A stretch of 62,916 nt of DNA, the filler included, from Rhabdomonas costata (lineage: Eukaryota), in NCBI GenBank assembly GCA_019059605.1. It is 44 parts of 44 records of this genome, joined end to end, with 100 filler letters (N's around TTAATTAATTAA, not from the genome) between each part and the next. Parts side by side here need not be neighbours in the genome. Positions count along the whole stretch, not along the records: positions 37,247 to 38,577 come from JAHMHO010019134.1; positions 38,678 to 40,009 come from JAHMHO010019135.1; positions 40,110 to 41,441 come from JAHMHO010019136.1; positions 41,542 to 42,873 come from JAHMHO010019137.1; positions 42,974 to 44,305 come from JAHMHO010019138.1; positions 44,406 to 45,737 come from JAHMHO010019139.1; positions 45,838 to 47,169 come from JAHMHO010019140.1; positions 47,270 to 48,601 come from JAHMHO010019141.1; 36 more parts are not named here. One strand, 5' to 3'. This document shows positions 37,641 to 50,033 of this stretch, one piece after another; the stretch's first letter is position 1; every line of letters starts with the position of its first letter. The notes under the pieces were generated by a model. The model did not search any database. It was not told the origin of the DNA and saw nothing but the letters and a program-made list of their open reading frames with translations. The position numbers and the translations under genes are program-made.

Positions 37641-39647
37641 GAAGTCCCGCTGGATCTCACAGATGCATTTGACCCTGGAAGCTTTACTGAGACTGCCCTA
37701 TTAGCTGAGAAGAAAAGGATATGAAGGACGCACCAAAGCAGGACCTCGATGTCGACGTGCCATTATCCAAACATCCACACGATTCTCGTTTCATCCGTTG
37801 ACCCGCAAGAGGGTGTGGTTAGATTCCCAAACCCGCGACAAATAGCACGTCAATGTCGGTAAGTAGGTGACCGCGGGTGGGGTTAACCAGTGGGTTAGCT
37901 AGGGATCAACACCTTCTAACGATAAAGGACACACGTAGCTCATGCGGTAGTACTCGATGATCGTGCGGCCAAGAAAATACTCAGATACGGCTGGTAACAC
38001 CATCGTCCGAGCGCACACAGAAGAGGCCACACCACACAGTAGGGTAAGGCGTAGGATATACGGTGAACACACACACACACGTATATGCCGTAGTAGTAGT
38101 GCTGGATGTATACGCCATGCACGCAGCTATGGGTCAACATATGCAATGGGTGCCAGTCACTCAAAAGAAAAAGAACAAAAGGGAACATCATCAGTGAAAC
38201 AACAAACAAACCTGCACATGACAGCCATGTAATAAAGCGGCACGTGCGGCCGGTTGTTGTCCCGGTCCACACAAAAGACTTGTACAATACGCCTAGGTGA
38301 CCACTTCCCGAACCCAACCGCCTTAAAACGTCTTGCTACTACCCACGGTCACCGCCTCAAGGCTGGAGCTTCTACTATTCACAGTTACGCCCTTGCTGCA
38401 CATTGTTTTGCCGGGCCGCAGCACCGCGCGCCGCGGAAAACGCCCAGACTTGCGGATGGATAAAAGGATCCGCTTCCCGCGGCCAGGTCAGCCGGCGGCC
38501 CGCGCGTTGAAGCAGGCGCACATGGATCTAACGTCCCCGCCCTTCCCCTGGCGGGCGGCGTCCGTCCCACACCCAACNNNNNNNNNNNNNNNNNNNNNNN
38601 NNNNNNNNNNNNNNNNNNNNNTTAATTAATTAANNNNNNNNNNNNNNNNNNNNNNNNNNNNNNNNNNNNNNNNNNNNGGGGGGGCAACCTCTTCTCCGAG
38701 AATGCCAATGGCCGAGGTGTAAGTCGCGGAGGACGGCCACTGGTTCATCCTCCACACAGCATCGACAGCCGTTATGGGGAGTAATGCGGAAAGAGACAGG
38801 GTGGGGGTTTATTGGGAAGAAATAGTGGTGAAGAGCGCGGGATGTGAAAGGATGACTGCGGGTTTCAAGATAAGAAAATGTAGATGCAACCGCCGGACGG
38901 CTAACAAAAGACGCTGCGGACAACAAATGTAAATGCTTATAACACCTACCACCATACTGGACTACCCGTGCTAATGTCAGGTGTTCAGCAGCAGAGAGCG
39001 AAAAAAAACTAAGCACAGAAGCGCGGCCAAGAAAGCAAAATACAAAAAGGAAACAATACATTACAGGGTAACGAGGAAAAGCGAAACAAGCTTATGCAGG
39101 AGACAAAAACTACACTACAATAATACGACAACAGAGAAAGGGCACCCTCAGGCAACCCTACAGAAGGAACGGGATACTTGTTCCTGAAGCAAGGCAGACG
39201 TTTTGTTGAGAGCAAAGCCGGAGAAGAATATTGATTTCATGCGGGGGGAAAAGCACTCTAACCCTGCTCGTCTACCCCTGATTCAACGTGCGCTGTTATT
39301 CGACCCGTGCCAACGCTGCCGAGATATAACTCCAAACAGAAAGCCAAAAAAATTAGCATAAGAATGGCAAAAGGCCAGCCTCTCCGCATTCCACACAAAT
39401 ATATCCGCGCTTAAAGTGAATCGGCTCGGGTCGATTGATCACTGCACGGTGGAACGCTTGCATAAAGGACACATTTGCTTTTTTTTTTAGGTTTTGCGTT
39501 TAGTATGTTTTCTCTTGGGAGTTGGCAATTACCTTGCAGCCTGAAAATTTTTGGAACGGGAGATCAGTCGTACTTTGGTTGGAGCCAACTGTGTAAGAAC
39601 TAACTTATTGCTCACCTTGCTCCGAAGACAGATATGCTTTACCATAC

Positions 39648-39960
39648 CTTACGCCAATCCCTCTCCCCAAAACCTTTCAGAAGCGGCCGCAATCGTTTGA
39701 ATGAGTCGTTAATTGCCGAGACCTCCTTTTTAATCGTTCGGACACTGTCGTCGATGTCTTCGAGCTGGGTCTCCAGTTGACTCACAGCGCAATGAAGCTC
39801 CTCATAAAACGCCATGTAGAGCCGCAGCTCCGCCTGCGGGGAGCTCAGTCACTGCCAAACAGGTGGTACTTGCGGGCCACGGGAAGCATCTCATTCTTGA
39901 GTCGCACGAAGTCGGAGAAAGTCTCACCGGTATACCGTAGTTCATCCGGTCGTGATCTTG
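39648..39960 (-). CDS. Coiled-coil protein fragment; exon 39833-39648 and an upstream exon separated by a probable 47-nt intron
   Basis: FVRLKNEMLP|AELRLYMAFYEELHCAVSQLETQLEDIDDSVRTIKKEVSAINDSFKRL...WRK|GTATGG. Confidence 0.5.
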
Positions 39961-40750
39961 AGGAGAACGAGATCTTGAGGAGGGTTAAGTGAGTTCATGA
40001 CCCAAAAAANNNNNNNNNNNNNNNNNNNNNNNNNNNNNNNNNNNNNNNNNNNNTTAATTAATTAANNNNNNNNNNNNNNNNNNNNNNNNNNNNNNNNNNN
40101 NNNNNNNNNGGGGTGTGGGAGCTTGCTTGACCACTGAATTACAGTGCTTAAATCAGAGACTCATGAGAACAGAAATATTGCAAGCTAATGAAGAACGGCG
40201 CGGTGGGTGGGCGAATTCATTCCTGCCTTGCTGTGGCCTTGCATAGAATGAGGAGTCGTTTTTGCCAACAAAGCTGTTTTCGTATGTCCGGAAAGTTCGA
40301 TTTGATGACCAGTGGGCAAGTGCCTAGTGCTCGTGGAACCTGTTTTGAGTGTGAGAGACCAGATCTCGAAATAGACTCGCTTGCCGAGGAACCAACCGGT
40401 GAAACCCCAAGCTTTGACGGGAAATGGCAAATCGCCAAAAAATCGCCAAAAGGGGTTCCAGAATTCTGTCCCTGCGAGTCCCCATGCCGTCAGGGGCTGC
40501 ATTGTGAGACAATGAGTGCCTGGCGCGGGGAATGGGTCAAACCTTGTCCCCGTCCTGCAGCACAGACGATGCCTTCGCGGCGATAGAACCCAATCCCCTT
40601 TCTGTTCAGGGACTGTTCCGGGGACGAAGAAAGTATAGAGAGAGGTGATACAAAACTCTGAGAAAGGTTTCACTGAACCTTTAGCCACGCGTAGAGGAGA
40701 CGGACAAGAGAGGGAGGGGGAAGTGGAGTGAGGAGGAGTGGGAGTGAAAG

Positions 40751-40962
40751 ATGGAGCTTCCGGTGGCACCACCACCCAGTGCGGTGAGTGCGGCGGCCCT
40801 TCGGGAGGAGCTGGCGGAGCTGAATACGCAGCTGCCTCTGTACGGGCTGCCGGAGCTGGAGGAGCTGCCCGAGGGGGCGGCCGGGGTGGGGTTGGTGTCT
40901 GGCTCGGTGTTCCGGTGCCTTCGAGCTGCTCTGCTGCAGCGGCAGCAGGAGACCGCCATGCG
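40751..40962 (+). CDS. First exon, ADIP/SSX2IP (Msd1)-like centrosomal coiled-coil protein
   Basis: ELNTQLPLYGLPEL...VFRCLRAALLQRQQE resembles the ADIP N-terminus; donor GTGCGC. Confidence 0.45.
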
Positions 40963-41304
40963 GTGCGCCGTGTGACTGCACACCTGGTGCCTCTTGTGCA
41001 ACCAGGGGCGTGGAGTGGGCAACCAAATCGTTACTGTGGAGATCAGGAGCAAACTGTAAAACGATGGAGGGGAGGCAATTTTTGGTTGTTGTTGTTTTCC
41101 TTACTTAACTCCTTAACTTCCTTAACTTAATGGAAACAAAATTAATACTTTTTGGGCGAATACCTTCTCTGTAGTTCAGGGGAAGTGAGAATGTGTTGGG
41201 GGTTTCCGTTCGTTGAGATGAGCTGTGGATGAGTGGATTTTGATGAGCAAAGGCACCTAGCGCCTTGGCGGGGTTGGTGCAGAAGAGGCAGTAGGGTAGG
41301 GAGA

Positions 41305-41328
41305 CCCCTAACCCCTAACCCCTAACCC
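41305..41328 (+). repeat. Interstitial telomere-like (CCCCTAA)3
   Basis: Direct reading. Confidence 0.6.
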
Positions 41329-42046
41329 ACTTCACCCTTCGTTGTTGCCGCACCTGTATTTTTCTGAAGCGTTTCTGAAGCGCCCGGGAAAACAAGACAA
41401 GAAAACAAAATGGGGACTTCTTCAGCGAAACAAACCCACAANNNNNNNNNNNNNNNNNNNNNNNNNNNNNNNNNNNNNNNNNNNNTTAATTAATTAANNN
41501 NNNNNNNNNNNNNNNNNNNNNNNNNNNNNNNNNNNNNNNNNGGGTGTGGGGTGTGGAGGTATACGTGAAGCAATGCTGAACGATAAGGGTGCGGTGGACG
41601 TCCGCTGATAGCAAGGGTGCTCACCTCCTGAGCACTTGGCTACAGTGGCGCCACGGCCACAGTGACTTCTTCGGGCCTCTTGAGTCCGCCCCGTGAGTTT
41701 GTACCTTGCGAGTGATCAGTTACCTTGGTGCATGGTGGATTGCTGGAATTGATCTCAGTACTGGTTTGCCATGGGCGCTTTCGTGGGTTCCTGCCTCGTG
41801 CGTGGAGAGACACAATGGTAGTAGGATTCAGTGAGCAGGTTGGGCGGGAAAGGGGCTACCTCATTTTGGATAATTCTATGTATGTGGACCAGGGACAAAG
41901 ACTAACATGTTTCGCTAAAAATGTTACCATTTGTTTTCTTGCCTTAGCGCACGTGTGTCGTCGACAGACTTCACGACCACACAGGAGTAGAGCCCAACCA
42001 CAGATCACGTCAGGCACCATCGGGCGTGCGATGTGTGTTTTTGTGC

Positions 42047-42850
42047 CTTTGAGAAGCACTCCATGGAGTCAAACAGGGAGTCGTTAATGTGGTACATCAG
42101 CCCCAGGTGGAATAGTGCCGGGATGAAGTCTGGGTTGACGTTCAGCGCAAGCTGGAACTGCTCGATCGCCTCATCGATGCTCTTCATCTCCTGGAACACA
42201 ACGCCTGTGGCCAAAATAAGTGACCCTCACCTCAGAAGATCAGTGACAATCTTCCAGCCAACCCGGTCTAATTTTGTCAAATAGGACTTGCAGGGGAATG
42301 TTACCGAATCCATAGAACCTATCGACTGGGGTGATAGTGGCAGTAGTAACATCGTGGAGTACCATGTGGTAAAATACATAAAAGTCAAGCAAGCGGCCCA
42401 AATGAGTTTGGTAGTGGGCTATTGGTAGGAGAGGGGGGGGGACTTTCCCTTACCTTTGCAGTAGTAGCTGTTCTCGTCGTCTGGTGCTCGGCTAATCGCC
42501 TCATCGAAGTCATTGATAGCCTCTTTGTACTTCTTCACGGCAAGAAACGCGTTCCCCCTGCGTGACCACAGAAACCCTTCGAGCACAGGGCATAGACACA
42601 AACACACTTGTCACCTGACCCCATCGACTGGCGCTAGTTACTTTGTTGGAGGCGCTAAAGGCTCCATGTACCATGGGAAGAGTGAGCGCGAAGACGATGA
42701 GGAAAGGCAGTTACTCAGCACGAATAGGTTGGGGATGCTTGTATTGACCAAACTATTCGTTGATGACGATCAGAACGGGAAGGAGAGAAACTCGCACAAG
42801 TTGAGAGAAGGTGACCTGTTGAAGTAAATGTTGGCGTTGTTGTCGTCCAC
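42047..42850 (-). CDS. TPR-repeat protein, partial; exons ~42850-42816, 42557-42454, 42204-42047
   Basis: NANIYFNR|GNAFLAVKKYKEAINDFDEAISRAPDDENSYYCK|GVVFQEMKSIDEAIEQFQLALNVNPDFIPALFHLG. Confidence 0.85.
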
Positions 42851-44673
42851 GAATAGTTTGGTCAAAACAACACNNNNNNNNNNNNNNNNNNNNNNNNNNN
42901 NNNNNNNNNNNNNNNNNTTAATTAATTAANNNNNNNNNNNNNNNNNNNNNNNNNNNNNNNNNNNNNNNNNNNNGGTGGGGGGGGAGCTGTGTAACGAAAG
43001 CGAGATTTATTGCACCCGTCATCGGTTAGCACCCCCCCTCCCCTATTATTCCGTTCCTATCTCACAGCGCAAAGCTTGTTCTCAAGCGAAAATTGGGGTG
43101 GGGGGGTAAATCGTTGGACCACCAGGGTCACACAGGCCTGCAATGGTCGAAAAGCACACCACGCCGCCCTTGGAACTTTTCTAAGTAGAATCAAAAATCG
43201 ACCTTGAGAGGGCTACATCCCGGCAACCGGCACCGAAGCCAGGCGCCAGCCTAAGACCACCAACTCACCCCAAGCCACAACTCGAACTCAGAAGTCAACG
43301 TCAGGTCTGGGTCTGCTTGAGTCGAGTTCGGGAGTGACCGGGAGGTCACTCAGCACAAAAATAGGGATCGTGCTCCACCGCCTCGACGAATTTGTCCGGG
43401 GTCCGGAGGCAACTGAAGAGGCTCGAGGCTAGCTCACTTAGAAGGACCTCAAGATTAGCGACAAAAAAAGTTGGATTCATGGAAGATCAGGAAGATAAGC
43501 ACGACGCCAAATGTTTGATGCAATGAAGTCGCAAGGAAAAGCCCTCATCCTTATATTTTTCGCGAGCAAAAAGACTGCGCCGCAGTCGTAACCTGAGTCT
43601 GAAGAAGGGGATTGGACAGGCGCCGGAGATGGGGGCTGGGATGCCGTGCAGAAGCTGCTCCGAACGCGGGAGGTCCACGGCACCACGGACATCTCAGTAA
43701 CTTTGAGTTTGGGGTATGAAGGGCAGGGAGGGACAAACAGTACAGATGGGACCGAAGACACTGGTAAATGGAATGAAAAGGAAGCAAAAATGGGGAAGAG
43801 AAAAAACGAAAAAAATTTCAACACCAAACAAAAACGAATAAAGATCTGTGGCTGTGGGAAGGAGGACATGAATCAACAAAGTCAGCTCCAGAGATGCAGC
43901 TGTTTTGAAGTAAGCCACTTCTACGAGTTCACACTCCACGATGCAACAAACTCGTAAATATCTCCACTTTCACCTGATCGGGTCTGACAATGAGGGTATT
44001 TTTGCCGGTTACTCAGCACTGGGGACAACAAAAGATGAAATACGCGACCCCGAGGGAGACGCTACCCCAATGATGGTTTCACCATTTTGTTTAAAAAAAT
44101 CAATGGCATATGCATTCCAATGTAATATGCCACTTGCTGCACCTCTACACGGAACTAAGGGAGCGCTGCAGGTCGATAGGTTACCATGAAATGTGAGTAC
44201 GAGGCAGCGGTTCAATTCGAGGTCAAAGGAAAGTCGCATGACTCCACTTCCCAAAGAAAAAAGATTGTGACTCATCTCCCAAAGCCCCAAAGATCAGAAC
44301 TGGGCNNNNNNNNNNNNNNNNNNNNNNNNNNNNNNNNNNNNNNNNNNNNTTAATTAATTAANNNNNNNNNNNNNNNNNNNNNNNNNNNNNNNNNNNNNNN
44401 NNNNNTGTGTTGTGGACATTTGATCGGACTTCAGTGTACGAACTGAAATAAAATGCATTTGCTGGTCGGAAATCAATTCACAAAATTACGTTGCGTTGTG
44501 GGATCATGAATTTCGGGCCCCCTTTTAACCTTTTTGTCGGGAACCGAGGGCGATTCTGAATGTCAAAGCCGTTTGCAAACAGAGCCTTCCGTGAAAATCC
44601 CTTTCATAACTTTTGCTTCCCGTTACCACTTTGCTCGCCTCCTCCTCTTCATCACTCATGATCACCGGAAAAG

Positions 44674-45392
44674 GTGTTCTCGTTTCTGGGCGGCGGCGAA
44701 GACACGGACGCCCCTGGGGCCATCGTCCCTCAGCTGAAGGAACGCACCATGAGCTCTGCGGCGTGTGGGGCGCTTATGCTGGTCTGGAATGACCAGAAGT
44801 TCAACCTTATCGAGGACCTGTTCACCCCCGGGCATGCGCTCCGCCTACCACCCTCCGCCCTTCACCCTTCCCCTTCCTCTCCGCGCCCCCGCTGTTACAT
44901 CGCCGCGCGTCGCTCCTCCCTCAGACACAGCGTTTTGATCTGGATCCTTGCGGCGAGCGATTGATTACTGTTTTTGTGTGTAGGTAGGAATTCCAATCGT
45001 TTGCTCGGTGCTTTGCCCGATTCATTTTCTACCGGATTATCCCCGGTAATCTATGACGCTCTGGGTGTGACGCGAGGCTTCAGTTGCCGTTTTTCCATGC
45101 TCAAATGCTTTCCTGTTCTCCTTGCCTTCCCCTTCCTTTTTGTTTAATTTTTCTCCCCTTCACCTGCTGATTTTGCTTGCATAGGGAGGAGTTCCTGTAC
45201 TGGCACAACGAGACGGACCTGGAGGCGATCCTGACGGACGTTGTGCAGCACTATGAGTCGCGGTACCACCCCATTGCGATGCGGGCGCGAGCCCGAGCGC
45301 TTTCGCAGTACAGTGTGGAGCGGTGGGCGCAGCGCTACTTGGCCCCATTGCTGACGACTCCGCAGCCTTCCGCATATCCGTCGTCTGACTAG
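44674..45392 (+). CDS. CgeB/Glyco_trans_1_2-like glycosyltransferase C-terminus; exons 44674-44831, 45185-45392 (GC-AG intron)
   Basis: VPQLKERTMSSAACGALMLV...IEDLFTPG|EEFLYW...IAMRARARALSQYSVERWA follows the RxFExxACG...FxxGxE pattern. Confidence 0.7.
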
Positions 45393-46074
45393 CCCTGCAC
45401 ACGATGGTTACGTTTGGGAGTTACGTTGCGGTAAACCGACAATCTTCTGTTGCCATGTGTTTCTCTTCGCTTGGCTCGGTTTTTAAAAGTCGCTTTTTGG
45501 ATACGGGACAGTTTCGCAAGAACCTTGGATGTAATTGTGTGTTCTCAAATTTCGGTCGATGCCGTGCAAGTCTCTTCACACATGTTATGTGGTTGTCGTT
45601 GAAGTAAGGTTCCGCCTGAAAAGGTAACGCAATATGCTTCTTGATCTTCTTGGTCTTCCTTCGAAGGAGTTGTTTTGGGATGCACTTAATCCTTGTTATT
45701 ATACCCTTTCTATTCGTTGGTTGTCGGCGCATGCGATNNNNNNNNNNNNNNNNNNNNNNNNNNNNNNNNNNNNNNNNNNNNTTAATTAATTAANNNNNNN
45801 NNNNNNNNNNNNNNNNNNNNNNNNNNNNNNNNNNNNNGTGTTGGGTGTGTGTGTTGTTTGTTTTCACTTTGTCTCGTTTCTCTGTAATTTATTGTCTCTT
45901 CTTCCTGTCTCGCGCGCATCATTTTTCGCGTTGTATTTTTCGATTTCTGCGGAACACCCGTCACTTACTGGACATTGTACATTATTACGTCGAAAGGTAT
46001 TGTTCTCATACAGCGAAAGAAACCATGGCAGTGGATTGACGCAAAGAAACGCAAGGGAAGCACACGGGAGGCAC

Positions 46075-46131
46075 CTTGTCGTAGATGAGCCCCCCCACTT
46101 TGTTGATCACCCAGAAGATGTGCACCACCAT
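46075..46131 (-). CDS. TRAPPC4: TRAPP complex subunit 4 (Trs23/sybindin), first exon
   Basis: MVVHIFWVINKVGGLIYDK|GTGCCT matches the INKxGGLIY N-terminal motif; too short for the ORF track. Confidence 0.75.
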
Positions 46132-48073
46132 TGCTTTCGCAGGCAGAAGAGAAAAAGTGAGAGGAAAAAACAAATCAAAGAAGGAGAAATCCCATCATCT
46201 GAAGTATCCGCCGAAAGCGGATAACGAAAACCAAGTGAAATTCACAAGCAGCCTCATTGCGGTCCTGGGACGCGCAAAGATAACAACCGTCACTGGGGAT
46301 TCACATCTTACGGCCTAAATCGGGAGGGCCAGAACTCTAGGAATGAGAACTGCCCCCAAAGGCTCACGCCTTCGTAAAGACCTCATGCACATGGCTCCAA
46401 GAGAATCACCAAACAGAAGGCGGTCCGAAATTACAAGCCCGCAGCGGGCCATTTCTCGTCGCCACAGCAAAAGCACAAACACGGGCCTCTCCACGCCGCT
46501 GCAATGAAGAGAAAAACACCTCCTCCCTCAGCCAGGCAAAACCAGGCTGGGGAACGCACCCTTATTTGCCAAACTTCCTTTTTCTTCCACCTAAGCACCT
46601 ATATACAGAGTACTGTGCAGGGGGGGGGGACACTGAACACTTCAAAATACACTCCAAAGGGGAAGTGGGAGGGTCTGAGGGGAGTGGAATTTTGGCCCCC
46701 AGCTCCACGCACACCCAAGTGAAGGGCTGAAAGTTGTATGGCGCAGCCCCAGAGAATGTGGGAGAGCTGTTGCCAAGTTGAATGGAACCAAAGTTGCAAG
46801 AGCCCCAAACAAAAGACAGAGCAGACACGGCAACCGTCGGTGCGTACTTCCTGTGCACACTCGCACAGGCACAAGGAGCATGGGTTGACACGAAGCAACA
46901 AAGCACACACGCATCACCCGAGGAGACGGGCAGCAAAGCGAAAGCTGAGGCACTTCCCAGGAATGAAGTCTCTCGTCCATGCTTCCCCATTGGCGATTAC
47001 AGCCCCCAAACCGCTGGCAATCGCCCTAAAGCAACCTCGGTCCGCCCTATACAACCTGTTGCTCGCCGTAATGAAGGAAACCAAACTGGCGGAAGCGCAC
47101 GTACGTCCACGGGATACCTCGTGCTACGCCAAAGCAAACACAAAATCAAGCGAGAGGGTCCACCACAAANNNNNNNNNNNNNNNNNNNNNNNNNNNNNNN
47201 NNNNNNNNNNNNNTTAATTAATTAANNNNNNNNNNNNNNNNNNNNNNNNNNNNNNNNNNNNNNNNNNNNGGTTGGTGGTTTTCAGGTCACCGCTCGTTTA
47301 AAACTGCAAAACATCGAATGATGCTGGAGGTAGCATGCTCTCCAGTTTCCTTGGAAGCAGGTATAAACGAGCGGTGACCTGAAAACCATCTTAACCCCTG
47401 CTGAGGAAGGAGGTGTTAGGCTGGTGGCTGAAAGGCCAAACCTGACGTGCTGGGAGGGACTCCGCACAGCCGCACCCGCCACAGCTCGGACTGCCTCAAC
47501 CGCTCCCTCCACCGCATCACCGCGGTCTCCCACTGCTGCACCTCCAGCACCCGCGCCTGGCTGTGCTTCCCCTGCTTCTCCGCAGGCTCACCTCGCTCCA
47601 GCTCCTGTGAGATCGGTGAGAGGCAAGTGAAGGGTGGAGCCTGTGCAGCTCTCGGTAGCCTGCAACTGAAAGATTTTTTCTCAAGCTCAGTGTTTTCGCG
47701 GTGGTTCTGCGGTTCCGGAAAGGGTAAGCAATGGAATCGCATGGAGGTGACAAGCACAGCGTGTTTTGTGGGCTTTTCTGATTTGCTTGGACCCGTTCAC
47801 AAATCACGAGACAAACAAAATTCACAGACGGCTTGGCTCCGCCTTCTCCAAAAATCTTCAATGGTGAATATCCCGGTGGCCCACAACCACCACTGCAGGC
47901 ATCCGTTTCACCAGCGGTGGCCGCGCAGTGCATATACCTGCAAAAAGCATCGCTGCCAAAGCCCCAGCGTTTCCAGAGCGAGCCGACAAAAAGTTGCGTA
48001 GGTCATCTTCCCCTAGCACTTCATTTCTTTCCCTGCGCGTAGTGCACTGGCTTGCCAGCTTGCGTCAGCAGAC

Positions 48074-48220
48074 CTGGGCGCGGTCCATCTCCTCGCACTG
48101 CGGGCAGGGCACCAGGTCGGGGTCCACGTGGCAGGGCAGCGTCATCTCGTGCATGCACGAGGGGCGCTGCTTCAGCACCTCCTGGGTGCAGGGCTGCCCC
48201 ACGGGGTCCCCACACTTCCG
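48074..48220 (-). CDS. Exon with NF-X1-type zinc-finger-like Cys/His pattern
   Basis: RKCGDPVGQPCTQEVLKQRPSCMHEMTLPCHVDPDLVPCPQC between CAG and GT. Confidence 0.45.
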
Positions 48221-48701
48221 CTGCGCGGGCAGGGGAGAGGTTGGACGAAAAATCCCCAGCACTATCGACGCGCATGTTCCGCAGAAACTTTTAACGAGAA
48301 AGGGAGCTCTTTCGCAAACTTCGCCCATGCACAAGGACTTGTCAGAATAGCCGCATAAAACAGAAAAAGGGAGACAACCATCAAGTCAGTCATGGAGATC
48401 ATGGAGAACAAAAGCGAGGCAAGAGCAACATATGTGCACACACATGTGCAAAAAAAAAGAGCCGCGCCCACAAAGTACAATTAAAATCACTTGAAACAAC
48501 CACTAACCCCGAACCATATACACCGACACCAAATTCCATTTCAATTGCCCGCGCACCCCGGACCCCGGACCCCGGACACCCCCGCATGAGCATCGCCACT
48601 TNNNNNNNNNNNNNNNNNNNNNNNNNNNNNNNNNNNNNNNNNNNNTTAATTAATTAANNNNNNNNNNNNNNNNNNNNNNNNNNNNNNNNNNNNNNNNNNN
48701 N

Positions 48702-50033
48702 GTGTTTTATAAGAACATTTGTATCTTCATTAACAACATGTATTATTTCATTATTCATATTTGTGCCAAACGAAAACGAGATAGGGACTTGTTTGTTCAA
48801 TAAAGTTGTGTTTTTGCCTTTCTTTTTATTAACTTCTAAAGCTATAGATTCAAAATCAAAAACAGCAAAATATGGATTACATAAAAGATTTTGTTTTACA
48901 TTTTGAAAAATCAAGTATTTTCTTCATTATATTATTGTCGTGTGTGAATTCTTCTATTTCTGCTGGGAAAACATCTTTATAGAGTTCACCACATTCGCCT
49001 TTTTGATGATTAACTAATGTATCAGCTCTGCTAAATGTTTTCATGCAATTTTCGCATCTAAATACTTGGCATAGTTTATTAATATCTTTGATAAGAACAA
49101 AATGATCTTCATACAATCCTAAAATCATCTTATTATCTTCTTTTTTATTAATAATTCTATTTCTTATAGCTGTTATACTTTTTTCCTCGATTACAAGATT
49201 GTATACATTTATCGAAATATTAAAGAATATTTCAATATTTTCTATTTCATGCATGTCAATACCTTGGTAATGTTTGTGATTGATTTTTTTTTCATTTTGA
49301 TTGTAATATTTGTAAAATAGTTCTTTTGATATTTTAATAAGTTTTTTATTTTCAATATTTGGGTTATAAAATTTAGCTAAACATCTCCAAAAACATAATT
49401 TATCGTCTTCTTTTGTTTGAATATTTAGTGCAGTATAGATCATCTTTGAATTTAATAGTACATCTGGTAATTGTATTTGTGCACCTATTGGATCATGAAG
49501 TTGATATATTTTAACAAACATTTGGTATACTCCTAATACTTTTGTTTTACTATTTGGTCTTGCTTCTGATATTTTGTCATTAAATTTTTCAATATCAAAT
49601 AAGTGTATATTTTCAATAAGTTTTAGTAAATCAAAATAATTTCTTATTAACATTGGGGCATCTAGTAACGATCTATCATCGCATCCATTACCAATACGAT
49701 ATATATAATCAATATAATATCCCATGTCGTCGTATTCATCTCCTTCTTCATCAACCAGTGTTATTACACCTTCTGTCATAACTTCTTCTTCAAAAACATA
49801 ACCAAACGACACATTAATTTTAAATGCAAATTGCTGAGTATTATATAATTTTATTAAATTAGATTCAATATTTTCAAATGATCTTATAGTATTAAAAAAT
49901 ACAGATGATATATCTCTATAATTTTTTTCAAAATATTTTGTATTTATCACACTTTCTGGTTTATCTGCATATACTAATCCTATATGTTGATCTGTGTATT
50001 TTGCACGAATATAATTTATGTCTGGGATAATTG
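48702..50033 (-). mobile_element. Polinton/Maverick/adintovirus-like protein-primed DNA polymerase B, N-terminal region, frameshifted near 48878
   Basis: Intronless, very AT-rich; motifs AFKINVSFGY, RPNSK, DDKLCFWRCLA, ISINVY, LYEDHFVLIKDI, C2HC finger CENCMKTF...LVNHQKGEC, then in the next frame ExoI-like PYFAVFDFES and QVPISF. Confidence 0.75.
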
